Shown here: piece after piece, positions 13,145 through 28,297 of the stretch
Position numbering within the stretch: position 1 is the first letter of the stretch
How the letters are laid out: every line of letters starts with the position of its first letter
Made by a program: the position numbers and the translations under genes
The notes under the pieces: generated by a model
Seen by the model: the letters and a program-made list of their open reading frames with translations, nothing else
Database searches by the model: none
Told to the model about the DNA's origin: nothing
Assembly (NCBI GenBank): GCA_010405405.1
Contig: MU004245.1
Span: 9,256 to 73,255, forward strand
Length of the DNA: 64,000 nucleotides
Direction: 5' to 3'
DNA from: Microthyrium microscopicum
Taxonomy: Eukaryota

Positions 13145-13371
13145 TATAATAATTCCTCTTTATAGGCTTTATAGCAATATTATAAGAGAGATCTTATTAT
13201 AAGATCACGCGCTAGACCTAAGGAAGTTAATACGCCTAAGGATCTACTAAGCGGACTTACTTCCTTTATAGATCTATAGCTCTTCTAAATCTTCTTCTCT
13301 CTCTCTCTCGTTTATAGATTCTAGAATATAATCTAATTATCTACTTGCTCTAAGTTCCGTAGCTCGTTATA
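13145..13371 (+). repeat. 3' LTR of Gypsy A
   Basis: Direct repeat of 5708-5934, preceded by the PPT and followed by the TSD. Confidence 0.95.
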
Positions 13372-14683
13372 ATTAGCTAATCTTAAAGTTTTTAAGTAGA
13401 CTAGTAACGTAATGCTATAGTTTAATTAATTACTAATATAGTATATAGTTATTTAAAGAATTAATCTTTTTTTATAAACTTAATATATTAATCTAGATAC
13501 TTACTATTAGATATTAATATATAGTATTTTTAAAGAGTAATAGAATTATTAGGATTATTCTAAAGAACTATTAATATCTACTTTCTTGCCTTTAGTCTTA
13601 CTTTATATAATATTTATATAAATAAAGGCTTCGTACTAGTAAGTAAGGCGACTTTACTATTAAGGTCTACTAGTTCTAAGAGTAGATAGGGTAAAAATAA
13701 TATAAGAATATTATAAGGTTCTTTTTTATATACTAGTAATTCTAGCTAGTAGCGAATATTAATAAGTAATCTTACTTTTAATATACCTTTATCTAGTAGA
13801 CTACTAATAATAGTACTAGAGGTTACTACTTCTTTACTTTTTAATTCTAGCTTTTTTATTATACTTATTAACGTAATAGGTACTATAGTTAATAGTTTAG
13901 TAATAATCTTATAAGGTTATTAGGTATTAATACTAATTTAAGTATTTTAATAAAAGAATTCCTTATCTTTATTATCTAAAGCTACTTCTAGTAATAGAGG
14001 TTACTTTTTAATAGATTTAACTACTAGAATACTCTCTTACTATAACATTAACGTAATAGTTAACTATTAATTAGTTCCTATATTTAGAATAACTAGCTTC
14101 TTAGCAAAGTAGCTATTTCTATTATAATAAGGTAAAGATGCGTAGCTTTTACTATAGTAAGGTAAAGATAAATAGCTTTAAATACTAATGCTACTACGCT
14201 TATAAGCAATATAAGAGTTACTTAATACTAGTTTAAGACTAGGAATATATAGTGCCTTACTTATAGTAGTACGTAGCTAAAAGATATAATATTTCTTAAT
14301 AATTTAGAACTAATTTAATAGATTTAATAGATACGAGTTAATAAGGAATAAGGTAAGTATATTTTATAGTTAGTAGAGGGTAAGTAATATAAATGCTTCT
14401 ACGAATCTAAGAAGAATACTATAGAATAAAGCTTAGGCCTCTAAGTAGTCTTTATTTTAGTAAATAGTACTAAATTTATATTACTCTAGTTAGTATTTAT
14501 AAATTTGCTAATACCTTTAATAATACTAATCTTAATTAAGGATAGTATTACTAAATACTAATTAGTTAGATCTATAGTATAACTATAGTAATTATAATAG
14601 AATTACTAAACGCCTCTATATATTTATTAATAATGCGTAAAATATATATAGAGCGTAAATTTAATATAGAGGTACTTAGATTA

Positions 14684-14906
14684 TATAAGGAGCTAATAGG
14701 TACGATAGGGTAAGTAGAAAGTAGCTAGTATTATAGGATCTAAATATAGAGAGAAGAAATCTAGGAATATAGCTATAGATGTAAAGATATAGAGCCTAGA
14801 GGATTCTTAGACATACTAACTCTAAATAGGATAAAGAGATCTTATCTATAAGATTAGATCTCTATATCTAAACACTATAACACTAAACCTATAAGGATTC
14901 CTTATA
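14684..14906 (-). repeat. 5' LTR of Gypsy B copy 2
   Basis: 223 bp, reverse complement of 37922-38144, with the same PBS adjacent. Confidence 0.93.
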
Positions 14907-14987
14907 CTCTCTCTTTAGATTCTTTGTATTAGTTTTCTTAAATTACATCTACTATTAGCTTATACCCTTACGCCTATAGGTCCCTAA

Positions 14988-17900
14988 TACTAGTAGTCTA
15001 TCTAAGTACTAATAAATATAAGTCTTTCTTTAGTCTACTAGTTTTAGCTTTTATTTATTTATTTATTCTTTATAAGCTTTAATTCTTATAATATTTATAA
15101 TCTTTTATAATTTCTTTTATAAAAATCTATTAGAATACTACTTTATTCTAGTATAGAGATTTTTTTAGCTAAATTATAATTAACTTATATATATACTTAT
15201 TCTAATTAGTCTTTATTTAGAAATATCTTTATTTTATATAGTACTTCTCTTATATTAATAAAGTAATTATAAGTAACTATTTATATAAAGCTTACTTTAA
15301 AAGTTTTATTTTTAGATAATAAATCTTTAGTACTTTTATTATTACTCTATATAGAGTTTCTATTAGTATATTTTTAGTATCTTATAAGCTATTATTTATA
15401 TATTTAATAAATTATTTTATATCTAGTTTTTATATATTATATTATACTTTTAATATATACTTCTCTTATTCTAAGGTTAGCTAGATTAGTACTAGAATAT
15501 AATCTTCTATTAGTACCTAAGTATTAATTAAGTTATAGAACTTTAATCTTTCTTAAAAAAACTAAAATAGGAATATAAAGTTAATTACTATTTTTACTAT
15601 TCTTACTTTCCTTTTTTTATATAATCTATAAGTTAGTTCTTTTTTTAGTATATATAAATAGAGCCTTTACTTAATTATATTATAAGATAAGGTATTTACT
15701 TAAAGTTTAGTAATTAATACTATACTTTCTTATTAATAATAATAGTAGTTAAAGTTTTATATTAATAAGATTTTTCTTTTTACTTTATTAATTACTTTTA
15801 TTAATATTAAGTATTTAATAATATAATTATAGTTACTTACTATTAGGCTTTTATTATATATATTAATAATTATTAATATTATATACCTATACTAAAAGCG
15901 TAGTATTAAAATAAATTAGTTATAATATTTTACTTATTAATCCTTTATATTAAGTATCTTATTTATTATAAAGTATACTCTTAATTAATTATCCTAGTTA
16001 TATATTAGTATATAATTAGAAAAATAGTATATTTTCTTTAACTTTATAATTTCTTTAAGATCTTAAATTACTATAATTAGTTACTTAGTATTATTTAGTA
16101 TATTAAAGAATAACTTTACTTTCCTTCTATTTAACTTTTTATAATTATATTATATAATATTAATACTATTTATTTAAGTCTATTATTTAGATTTTATTTA
16201 TTTTATTACTAAAAATTAACTTAGAGTTATTTATAGTTTATCTTACTTTTTTATAGTTATTCTCTTATTAGTCTTTTAAAATATTATCTTTTATAGTTTA
16301 TAAGCTATTATTACTTTTATTAAAGTTAAATATACTTATAGTTAATCTCTAAGTATCTTAAACTAAATTATTATATACTTTATTTTTTACTTTTTATAAT
16401 ATTAATAGTCTTTTAAAATTCTTAGTTTCTACTTTTCTTTTCTTTATACTATTTACTATAATATATTTATTACTATTTATAAACTAAATTAGTATAGTTT
16501 AAGTAAGTATTATAGCTCTTATTTATTTTATATATTTTTTATTTACTACTTAGAATCTTTTTATACTCTTAAAATAGATTTAGTATACTTTATATATATT
16601 CTTTTACTATATATAGTATTTTTAGCTTTACTTTTTCTTTTTCTTTTTTTTTTTCTTATTATCTTTATAGTTAAAGTATTAAACTAAGTTTATTTTAATA
16701 TAATTTCTAGTATTATAATTATCTATATATTTACTATAGTTTAGTTTATACTAAGTATAAGCTATTTATATATAGCTTTAAACTTAATAATAAAAGTACT
16801 ATTTAATAATATATTTTAGTTTATATAATTTAATAAAGAGCTTCTTTACTTTAATAATAAACTTCTTTTAAATAACTTTATTTCTTATTACTATTATTAA
16901 GTAGTATAATATAAATAATCCTTTAGTATATATTTTTTTATACTTTTTTAATTCTTTTTTTATTTATTTATACTCTATACTTTTATAAAGCTATTAGACT
17001 ATTTTTATTTTTAGATATTTAAACTTTATCTTATTCCTATTAATTAGTTCTTTAATTAGTTTACTATTATTTATATTCTTATTATAAATTACGTCTAGTT
17101 TAAATAGAGTTTCTAAGATCTTTATTAAATAGTTTTATTATAAAACTTAAACTTTATTTAAGCCTATCTAGTATAGCCTATTTTAGATATAGTCCTTATT
17201 TAATTATATATTAACTAAAACGTTAATATTTCTATTAAATAGCGGCCTAATAGCTATTACTTAAAGAATAGTTTCCTTAATCCTTTTAAATAGCTTTACT
17301 TTATTTTATTTATCTTTCTCTAATATATTTTTAACTACTTTTATAATATTAATTTAGACTATTAAGCTTATAAAGAGAGCCTTTTAGTTAAGGATTAGTA
17401 GATTAAATCTTTTTATAACTTTTATTTAGAAGTTAGAGATTATTTTAATTTTAATAATTTACTTTATAATTATATTAAGTTTTTAGTTAAGACGTGCTTT
17501 AAGGCGCATTAATAAAGAAGCTTTATTTATAGTTAGAGCTAAGTAAAATACTAGTTTCTTAATATAATCTTATATTATAATAAAGAACGTATAGTATTAT
17601 ATAAAATTAGTTATTAGTTAATTAAGAAATAATTATATTAGATTCTTTTCTTTAAATATAAGTTTTTTTAATAGTACTTTAATTCCTCTTTATACTTTTA
17701 TAAGTAATAGTTTTAGATTATTTTTTTATTTCTATATTACTATATTTTTAATATAGGTAGCCTCTATAGTAATAATAGCTATTTACTATAAATCTTTATT
17801 TATCTCTATAATAGTAGCTATTACTTACGTCTAGTTAAAAGTTATACTATTATAATAGTCTTAATAAGATAAATCTAATAATAATAACTTTATAAAATAA

Positions 17901-19150
17901 TTCTAAGAAATTAATCTTTTAGTACAATAATACTTTATTTATATTAAATATAAGTTATTTATATATAGCTTTAAACTTAGTAATATAAGTACTACTTAGT
18001 AATATATTTTAAGTTATATAATTTAATAAAGAGCTTTTTTATTTTAATAATAAATTTCTTTTAAATAATTTTATTCTTTATTATTATTATTAAATAGAAT
18101 AGTATAAATAATTTCTTAGTATATATTTTCTCTTACTTTTTTAGTTCTTTTTTTACTTATTTATACTCTATACTTTTATAAAACTATTAAACTATTCTTA
18201 TTTTTAGATATTTAAATCTTATTTTATTTCTATTAACTAATTCTTTAATTAGTTTATTATTATTTATATTTTTATTATAGGCTACGTCTAGTTTAAATAA
18301 AGCTTTTAAGATTTCTATTAAATAGTCTTATTATAGAACTTAAATCTTATTTAAGCTTATTTAGTATAGCTTATTTTAAATATAGTTCTTATTTAATTAT
18401 ATATTAATTATAATATTAATATTCTTATTAAGTAGTAGCTTAATAGTTATTACCTAAGAAATAGTTTCCTTAATTTTTTTAAATAGCTTTATTTTTTTTT
18501 ATTTATTTTTTTTTAATATATTTTTAGTTACTCTTATAATTAATTATATTTATAGTATTAATTTAAACTATTAGGCTTATAAAGGAAGCTTAGTAGTTAA
18601 GGATTAGTAAGTTAGGTTCTTTTATAATCTTTACTTAGAAGTTAGAAGTTATTTAAATTTTAGTAATTTATTTTATAATTATATTAAGTTTTTAGTTAAA
18701 ACGTACTTTAAGATATATTAGTAAAAGAGCCTTATTTATAATTAAAGCTAGGTAGAATATAAGGTTCTTAATGTAGTTTTATATTATAATAAAGAATATA
18801 TAGTATTATATAAAATTAGCTATTAGGTAGTTAAGAAATAGTTATATTAGATTTTTTTCTTTAAATATAAGTCCTTTTAATAGTACTTTAATTTCTTTCT
18901 ATACTCTTATAAGTAGTAATTTTAAGTTATTTTTTTATTCTTATACTACTATATTTTTAATATAGGTAGCCTTTATAATAATAATAACTATCTACTATAA
19001 ATCTTTATTTATTTTTATAGTACTAGCTATTACTTATATTTAGTTAAAAGTTATACTATTATAATAGTTTTAATAAAATAAATTTAATAATAATAGTTTT
19101 ATAAAATAATTCTAAGAAATTAATCTTTTAGTATAATAATACTTTTTATA
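14988..19150 (-). mobile_element. Tad1-like LINE copy 2 (5' UTR, ORF1, APE endonuclease; 3' half missing; 5' 1.2 kb tandemly duplicated)
   Basis: 14988-17937 aligns with ~33962-36910 of LINE copy 1, and ~17938-19150 repeats ~16746-17937. The 5' boundary (...ataatactttttata|) matches that of copy 1. Confidence 0.9.
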
Positions 19151-19700
19151 TAGTATTAGAATAAATAATATAAGTTATATTAATAAAGTTATAGAAAACC
19201 TAGTTAATATATATTTAGAAAGTAATAAAAATATTAGTAAGTTTAAAAAGTATTACTTAGTACTTAAAGAACTTATATTTAATTTAGAATACTATTTTCT
19301 ACTTATTACTAGTATAAATATAAATATAATAGTATACTTTATAAAGATTTAAGCTTATAAAAATCTTAGCTCTTAATAATTAATTTAATAACTTTTTAAT
19401 TAGTTATAAAGTATAGTAATTCTTAATTATAATATTATTTAAGTCTTTATAGTCTATATATAAATATAAAATACTATTTTTCTTTTTTAATAAAAATAAT
19501 TAAAGCTTTAATAGAAAACTAAGATTTATAAATAAACTTTTTCTTAAGGTTTTTCTTAAAATATTTATATAGAATAACTAATTCTACTTTTAATAAGCTA
19601 TAAATAGGTTTATAAAATATACTTATATCTAGTTTAAAGTTAATAGCTAGGTTTTATAAACTATATTTTATTAAATCTTATACTTTATTCTTATTAAAAG

Positions 19701-19862
19701 TGTTAGGAGTTAAACTCCCTAAAGCTATACCCATTCGGGCTACCCCTATTATATATAAATACCTTAACTAAAGAGTCTCTTAACTCTTCTTTCTCTCTAA
19801 GTTACCTTCCTATTTAGTAGGCTTATAATATAACTTATCTCTTTATTATTTAACTTATAATA
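19701..19862 (+). repeat. 5' LTR of Gypsy C
   Basis: Direct repeat of 28298-28459, containing TATA-like tatataaata and a CT tract. Confidence 0.95.
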
Positions 19863-22800
19863 TTAAGTAACTTTAAAACTAACCCCTCTTTTTACTTATT
19901 CTCTCTTTATCTATTAATAAATAGCTAGAATAGTAGACTAAGATCCCTCTTACTTAATAATTACTAGACAAGATAGAGAAACGTCTTCTAAGGGCTTTAC
20001 TTACAAAAACGTAAAAGCATACTTTATATATATTAACTAATAATAGATAGAGCTATAGAGACATCTAAATGTATCTTAGGAGGTAACTAATAATAGCTTG
20101 TAATAAGTAATAAATAGTATTTTACTACTTAGCAATACGCTAGGTTTATTTATCTTATAATTATATATAGCTACTACTAATTATAAATAAGCTCTTAAGT
20201 AGCTAAATACTTTAAATAGCGAAATTTATATATAATTAAATAAGAATACATAATAGATTATAGTAGTTTATACTAAACTCTAAGCCTAAGTTAATAACTA
20301 GAATAAATAACTTACTAATATCTATATTAGTAGTAAAATCCTTACGTAGTAAGTAAATAATACTATCTATAATATATTATTCTAGGGGAGTAGTATAGTA
20401 ATAGTACTTACAATCTTGTAGTAGGCCCTACCTACTTAAGATCCGTAGGGCACGGGTTTAATTCCTATCTTCTCTACTACCCTAAAAAGGTAATCGTTAC
20501 TCGCTTTTAAAGCTATATTTACCCTTTTTTAGGAAAGGTTATCCTTCCTTTTTTAGTAGATATAGAGAATAAGCTATAGCTTTTTTTAATACGTTATAAA
20601 AAGTATAAATTTTTATATTATATAACTACTATATATAGCTATAAGATTATCCTTATTAAAGCCTTACTAACTAATAATAAACTAGCGTTAAATTATATAA
20701 TTAAAAACTAGCTACGCAAAGTTATACTAAAAATAAGCTATAATACTACTAAAGCGTAATAAAATTAGTATACTAAGATAACTCTTTTATAGCTCTTAGT
20801 AACTAGATTAAAGGATTAGCCCTAGCTTAGTAAGCTTAAAATCTAGCTACGTAAAGTAAAATTAGACTAAATAATATAGTAGTAAATTATAATATCTAAG
20901 GATACTATAGCTTAGTAAGTATAGTACCTATAGGTTAGTATAAATAATGCTATAAGATAAGTTAGTAAACTTAGGAAAGATAACCTAGAATACGCTAAGC
21001 TAAAGAACTCTAGATCTTAGCTTAAAAGTAAAGCATAGCGTAGCGAATAGTTTTTAATAGACTAATAACGCTACCTTAGATTTAGTATTAAATAGTAAGA
21101 ATAGAAGAATCTAATATAATAATAAAGAAGGAATCTTAGCCCTTTAAGGAATAATAATATTAGCAACTTTAAGAACTTAAAGTAGTAGACTAAACAAAAG
21201 AATAATAACTTATAATAAAACTAGCTTAGAGAAGTACTAATAAGCTAAATACTTCCTAGAATTTAGCTTTCTAACTTACTAAAGCTTTTATAGCTTAGGG
21301 AGCTAATAAGGTTTAGTAGAGTATAATATTAGCCTTAGTATAGATTAGTATATAGAATATAATAGTAGGGTTTTCCTTTATATAGTTAGCGCCTTAGTTT
21401 GCTAAATATATAAAGGTTAGCTAAAGCTAGACTAGGCCTTAGGCCTAGAGTAAGCTAGCTTAGCTAGATTTAGGTAGATTAGCTAATTAGATAAGGGTTT
21501 TTACTTATTTATTAAGAGTAGCGTCTATATAGCCTATTAGCGTAGCTAAAAGATAATAAATAAGATTTAATAATAATATATTATTCTAATAATAATAATA
21601 AGAATAAAAATAACTTTAGAAGGAATCTATAATGCCTAGTATAACTTTTTCTTTAATACTAGCTATACCCTTTATTAAGAAAACCTTTAATTATAGCTAC
21701 TACCCTTCTCTAATTCTAAGAGCTAATCCTCCTTAGACTCTAATTATAATAGCTAGACTAATAAGCTCTTCTCTACTTTCTTTAATAAATCCTTTAGCTA
21801 CTTAGTATAAACTACTTTAACTACTACTATAAAACCTCTAACTAGCTCTTCTAAATTTAGAATAATATTCTTATAAGAATTTAATTCTCTACCTTAACTT
21901 TTACTAAATAATTAAAGTAAAATTATATATTAATAAATAGATTTATATAGATAATTATGCTTAAATTTATTAAATATTTAGCTAGCTAACTAAAGACGCT
22001 ACTTAATAAGTCCTCTTCTAAATCTAGAATCCTACTAGCTATAGTATTATAAGTTTTAGTAAATTTATAAAATAGATAAACCTTCTCTTCTATAATTTAT
22101 ATAAAAAAATAAGAACTTTAGTAAACCTCTAAGAGATTTAGTAAAGAAGTAAAAAATAAAGAATCTTTTAGGCTAAGTTTTAGTAGTATCTTATCTATAT
22201 TAAAGTATAATTTTAAGCTACTCTTATCTAGATATAATTCTTAGAAAACGCTATAGATTTAAGCCTTAGAATAGCTCTAATTACTTACCCTTAGCTTAAT
22301 AACTTAGATATCTTTACTTAAGAAGCTTTAGAAACCTAGGATTAAATAGTTTAAGCTTATATAAGCTATTATAGCCTAAGAAGCCTAAGTACTAAAATAA
22401 GTACTTAATAAACTTAGCTATTTAGAAATTAGGACTTAGATATAATAAAAAGCGTCTAGGTTAAAGCTAGCTAAGCTTAGTATAATTACTATAAGTAAAA
22501 TAACCTTTATTTTTACTATAGCTTAGCTAATTATAGAATTTAGGATTATAAATAAGCGCCCTAAGTATTATTTAGAAGTTAGAATTTTTTTTATAGCTAA
22601 GCTAGCTATAAATAAGAATAAGATAGAGAAAGTACTACTAAAAATAAATATCTATAAAATAATACTAGTAAATTTTAAGCTAGTGCTACTAATACTTTAG
22701 ATGCTCCTTAAAGTAGCTAGCTAATAAAGGCTACTACTACTTAGCTAAGAAATAATAATCTTTATAATAATCTATATAATATTACTAATATAGAATTAGA

Positions 22801-25800
22801 AAACTAGTAAGCTTAGATTAAAGATATAATACTAAGCTAGAAAATTATAAAAATATTATTTTAGAATAGTATTAGAAGTTCTTTACTTAGAATATAATTA
22901 TAAAGCTCTTTTTAATATCTTTAATAGTAAATTAACTTTCTTTATATATAAACTTTATTAATAATAGCTACTTAACCTATTTCTTTATAAGTCTTTACTT
23001 TACTTAAAGACGTAAACTTAAATATATATTATTACTTTAAGTAATTTCTATTAAAAGAATAAATAATAAGGCTAAAGAAATTTATAAAATAGTAATTATA
23101 AAGATTAATATTAAAGGCTATAAAGAAACTATTTAAGCCTTTATAATAAAAGAGACCTTAAGCTATAACGTAATCCTTAGCCTATCTTAAATAAAGAAAT
23201 AAGATATTATTCTTTATATAAAACTTAAGAAGCTAATCTTTAATAAAATAAATTATATAGTTATAAGTCTAAAGACTTCTTAAAAGAAGTATAACTATAT
23301 AATAATTAGAGCTATAATATTTAAGATACTTACTTAATAAGCTAAAAAGTAGGTAAGATAGTCTTAAGAAGGCTTAATACTAATTGTATAAGTCTTTATT
23401 ATAAGTCTTTATAACTTATAAAAAGCTTTTACTCTAAAGAAGTATATTAACTTTTATAGAAAGCTTCTTAAATAATATTTAAATTACCTTAATCTCTTTT
23501 AAAGAGAACTAGCTAATAAATAGCTATCTATTTAAAGCTCTTTTATAAACTATAAGATTAACTTAATTTTAGACGCTAATAAAAAAGAACCTTAGTTACC
23601 TTAGTAGATATTATACTCTATAAATTAAGATAAGTTACTAGCCCTTAGAAGAATCCTTAATAATCTATTAGAAAGTAGGTTTATTTAAGTAAATAACTTA
23701 CTTACTAAAATACTAGTTCTCTTTATTTATAAAGTAGATAGATTAATTTAGTTTTATTATAATTACTATATATTAAATAAGTTAATTATAAAGAACTATT
23801 ACTCCTTACTACTTATTTATAAGATACTAAATACTTTAAGAAAGATATAATAGTTTACTAAACTAGATATATCTTAAGTATTCTATAAAATTTAGATATA
23901 TAAGAGTAATAAATAGAAAATAACCTTTTAAATATAATATAGCTTATTTAAATAGATAGTAATACTATTTAAGTTATTAAATACTTTAAGTACCTTTTAA
24001 AGATTTATTAACTTTACTCTTTAAAATATCTTAGATAACTATGTTTTTATATACTTAGATAACGTCTTAATCTTTAGCTTAGGTACTAAGAAGTAATATA
24101 AGGCTTATATTTATAAAGTTCTTAAATAGCTATAAAAAATAGAACTCTATTTTAATATTTAGAAGTATAAATTTATAATTACTTAGATAATATACTTAAG
24201 CTATATTATTAAGACTAAATAAGGAATCTTAATAGACTTAGCTAAAGTTAAAGTAATCTAAGAATAAGAGGCTCTTAAGAATATTTATAGAATTTAAGCT
24301 TTCTTTAGCTTTACTAATTTCTATTATAAGTTTATACTAAACTTTTAAATAATTATAGAAACTTTTATTTAACTTACTTAAAAGGATATTTCCTTTTTAT
24401 TTAAAGACCTAGAGAGAGCTATATTTAAGGAGCTAAAATAGCTCTTTATTACTAACTAAATACTAGCCTTATTTAACTATAATAAAGAGATTCTTATCTA
24501 TATTAACTTCTTTAGTTACTTTTTAGGAGCTATATTAGTATAAAAGAATAAGATAAGTAAGTTTTAACTAATAGCCTATTTCTTTAAAAAGTATAACTCT
24601 ACTTAAAGTAACTACTTAATTTATAATAAAGAGATATTTATAATTATACTTACTCTAAAAGAATAAAGCTTAAAGCTATAAATAGTAAAGAAGTTTAAAA
24701 TAATATCTAATTACAAAAACCTAGAGTATTTTATAAAACTATAAAAGCTTATAAAAAAGTATATCTAATAGTCTATTAAACTTATAAAGTATAATATAAT
24801 AATTAAGTACTAATTAAGTCTATAGAATAATATAATAGATAGTCTTTCTTATTATAAATAAAATATATTCTAAAATATAACTAATAAAAAAATTTAGGTT
24901 AGAACTTTTTAACTACTTTATACTTAAGAAAATTAATTACTTAAATTACTATAAGCTTTACTTATTTATATTATTACTCTTTCTATAGTAGTTAAAGATA
25001 AATTAGTAAAGACTCTACTAGCTAATAAAACTTTAATTCTTAGCTTACTATTATTAATACTAAACGTCTCTAAACTATTAGTAACTTAGTAGAATAAAGT
25101 AATATAAGCTAATAATACTTATTAAGTAGCTTATTAGATAATTAAAGCTAGTAGATAAAAGTTTCTTCTATTAATTATAGGTATTAAGATCTTTATTTCT
25201 AATTATTTAATTAATAGTAAGAATTACCTTTACTAAAAAGGATAACTATAGATCTTAAATCTAGAATCTTTATAAATAGTAATACTATAAGTAGCTTATA
25301 TATCTTTAACTTAAAGCTATTCTAGCTATAAAGGTACTTACTAAGCTCTATAGCTATACTTCTTCTAGCCTAGAATTATAGCTAATATAAGGCGTTTTAT
25401 AAGAAATTATAGTATATATAGCTAATTAAAGATTAGTTATAAGTAGAAAAGAAGCTTCTTAAAGCCTTTACTTATCCTAAGCTAATAATAGTAAGAACTA
25501 TCTATAGATTTTATAATAGACCTCTTTTTATTAAATAAATATATAATCTTAATAGTTATTATTAATTAGCTAAGTAAAGAAGTAATCCTAATTCTTCTTA
25601 CTTAAAGAGAAACTAAAGACGTTATAGTTATTTTCTTATAATACGTCTATTCTCTTTATAATATTCTTAACGTAATTATTTATAATTATAACCTAGTATT
25701 TATAAGAAACTTCTAAATAAAGTTCTATGCGCTACTATAAATAGAGCTATAGCTATTAATTATATTTTACTTCTAAATAGATAGCTCTATAAAATAGTAA

Positions 25801-28297
25801 AACTTAAATATTAAAGCTAAAGTATAAATATATATAAATTATATATAATTAAACTAGTTTCTACTAATACTAGTACTTTAACTTATACTTAATTTATAAT
25901 ACTTATTTATAATAGAACTCTTATTCTTCTTTCTATCTTATAGCTTTAAAAACTCTACTTTCTTAGACTTTCCTAAGTAAGCTCTTTTATTTAAATAGAA
26001 GAATACTCTAAAAGAAAGAAAAGAAGAAGCTACTTATATAATTTTAAAAGCTATAAAATAGGCTTAAGATACTATAATCCTTACCTAAGAAAAGATATAG
26101 AAATAAGCTAATTAAATAAGGATCTAAACGCCTAAGTATAAAGTTAGTAATTAGGTTTAGCTAAACCTAAAGAATACTAAGACTAAATAAGTAAAGAAAA
26201 AGTTTAATTATTATTACTTTAAGTTCTAAGTTATAAAGGTAGTAAGCTTATATATAATTATACTAAATATGCTATAAAGAACTAAGAAATTCTATATTAA
26301 CCTACTTAGACTAGTAATAGATAACCTATTTCTAAGTTAAAATACTAATAATTCTTATCTACTACTAATCTTAGTTAAGAACTTAAATAGAGAAGAATAA
26401 AAGGAGTAACTAATAAAAGAGATTATAACTAAAAAATATAAGAAGATAATAAATGGCAAACTCTATATAGTTTACGTTATTAAATAGGTAAGTTATCTAG
26501 ATATAATAGAAGAACTAATTAACTTTATTAAATAGTTAGAAGCTTATATAAAGTAGATAGAGAAGATAAAGTATATATAAGATAATTATAAAAGATTAGT
26601 ACTAAACTAGTCTATTCTTTAAGTATAACTAAGATTAAAAACTAGCTCTCTTATTATAGTAATTAACTCTATAGAGATATAATTAAAGGTACTATCTATA
26701 ATCTATATATAGAAATACTTTTCTTTTATCTATATTAAGACTTTCTTTTTTACTAAATAAAACTAGAAAATTATAAAAATATAAGAAAACTAAAGAAATA
26801 AGATATACTTAATAAACCTTTACTATTAAGGAAGAAAAACCTAATTAGTATCTTAAGGCATAAGAGAACTAAAGTAGATAGTTAAAAATAAAGGATTCTT
26901 ATCCTTCTTAGTAATCTTCTCCTTATTATTATAAAGATACTTCTTAGCTAAGCTAATATTATTATTATAGACGTAGTTTAAATATATATTATTATAAAAT
27001 CCTAGAAACTAAACGTAACCTATATATTATAGCTAATTCTTTAAATTAGAATAGTTAATATAATAAGTATAATACTACTTCTTATAAGTCTTATTCTACT
27101 TATTTTTAGTAGAGAACTATAAGATACTTATATAATAAATACCTAAGGCTTTAAGATAACTAACCTAGCTACTAGTTAACTAAATCGTATTAAAAAAACT
27201 CTAATAAATTATAATATTATAAACGTTAAGCTATAAATTATTAGTAAACTCCTTAGAGAAGACGTTTAATAAGTTAAGATAATCGTTAGAAAAGTTAAAA
27301 AGATAGTTAGCTATAATATAAAAGACCTTACTCTATAAATATATTAGTATAAATTAAGAAAGGTAAGAAAAGTATATATAGTCTAGTTAATATAAAGTAC
27401 CTTAAATAAAGTATAGTTTTATAGATTATAATAGTTAATAACTATATATACCTTCTTATATTAGAAAGTAGTTAGTAGATAGAAATAAGGATTATAAATA
27501 ATGTTATTCTAGTAATAAAGTAGAACTTAGTTAAGAAGGTAAAGGCCCTTATTTATATTATTCTAGTAGGCCTTATATATAGCTACCTCGTGTATAGTAA
27601 GTAGACAAGGTAGAGGAGTATTATAGTTAATAATAAATATATAAGTAGAAATAATAGTAATAAGAATATAATTATTAAAGCTAACAATATAGTTAAAAGC
27701 GTTAATAATTAGAGTAGCTATTTCTATATAGTTAGTAAGGCTATAGCTATTATAACGAACAACTTACCTAATTAATTAATTAATTAGGTAAGGAAGAAGA
27801 AACTTAATAAGAACTAATTAGAAGAGAAGAAGCTTATTTAAAGTATAATAAAGAAAGAATAGTTAACTCTATAGAATAATATTACTTTATACCTTCTAAA
27901 TATATAGATAGAAGCATAGTAACTTAATTATAGTTACGTTCTTTTAATCTTATCTCTTAATATTATAATAGAGCTCTAACTAAGTATAAATAAGACGACC
28001 TACTAATTAAGTAACCTTTACAAAATTATAACTAAAAAGAACTAATATTATATACTAAGAAAGAAGCCTTATACTTAGAATTTAGTCTAAAATAGGTAAA
28101 ATACTAGTATAGAACTAATAATTAATAACCTAAGCTTTATATTTTGTACTTAAAAGTAAATATATAGATCTATACGTTATAAATAAAAGCTCTATTATAA
28201 ACTATAAGAATAGTAAGCGTTAAATATAGCTAGATAAGATTAAGATCTTATAATTAACTTAGTATTTTAGCTAGAATTTTTTAGATAAGGAAGGTAA

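Larger units (their letters stand above)
5708..13371 (+). mobile_element. Ty3/Gypsy chromovirus A, full length, RIP-inactivated
   Basis: 227-bp LTRs, TSD ATTAG (5703-5707 / 13372-13376) and PPT aaagaagagg before the 3' LTR. RT remnant YIDNLLVFS (YxDD) at 10088 and chromodomain remnant at ~12542-12650. The empty site is visible in B1 at ~39421-39435. Confidence 0.96.
4808..14906 (-). mobile_element. Gypsy family B copy 2: 5' LTR plus partial gag, 3'-truncated, interrupted by element A
   Basis: The reverse complements of 13372-14906 and 4808-5707 align with 37922-~40325 of element B1. Homology stops abruptly at ~4808. Confidence 0.92.
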
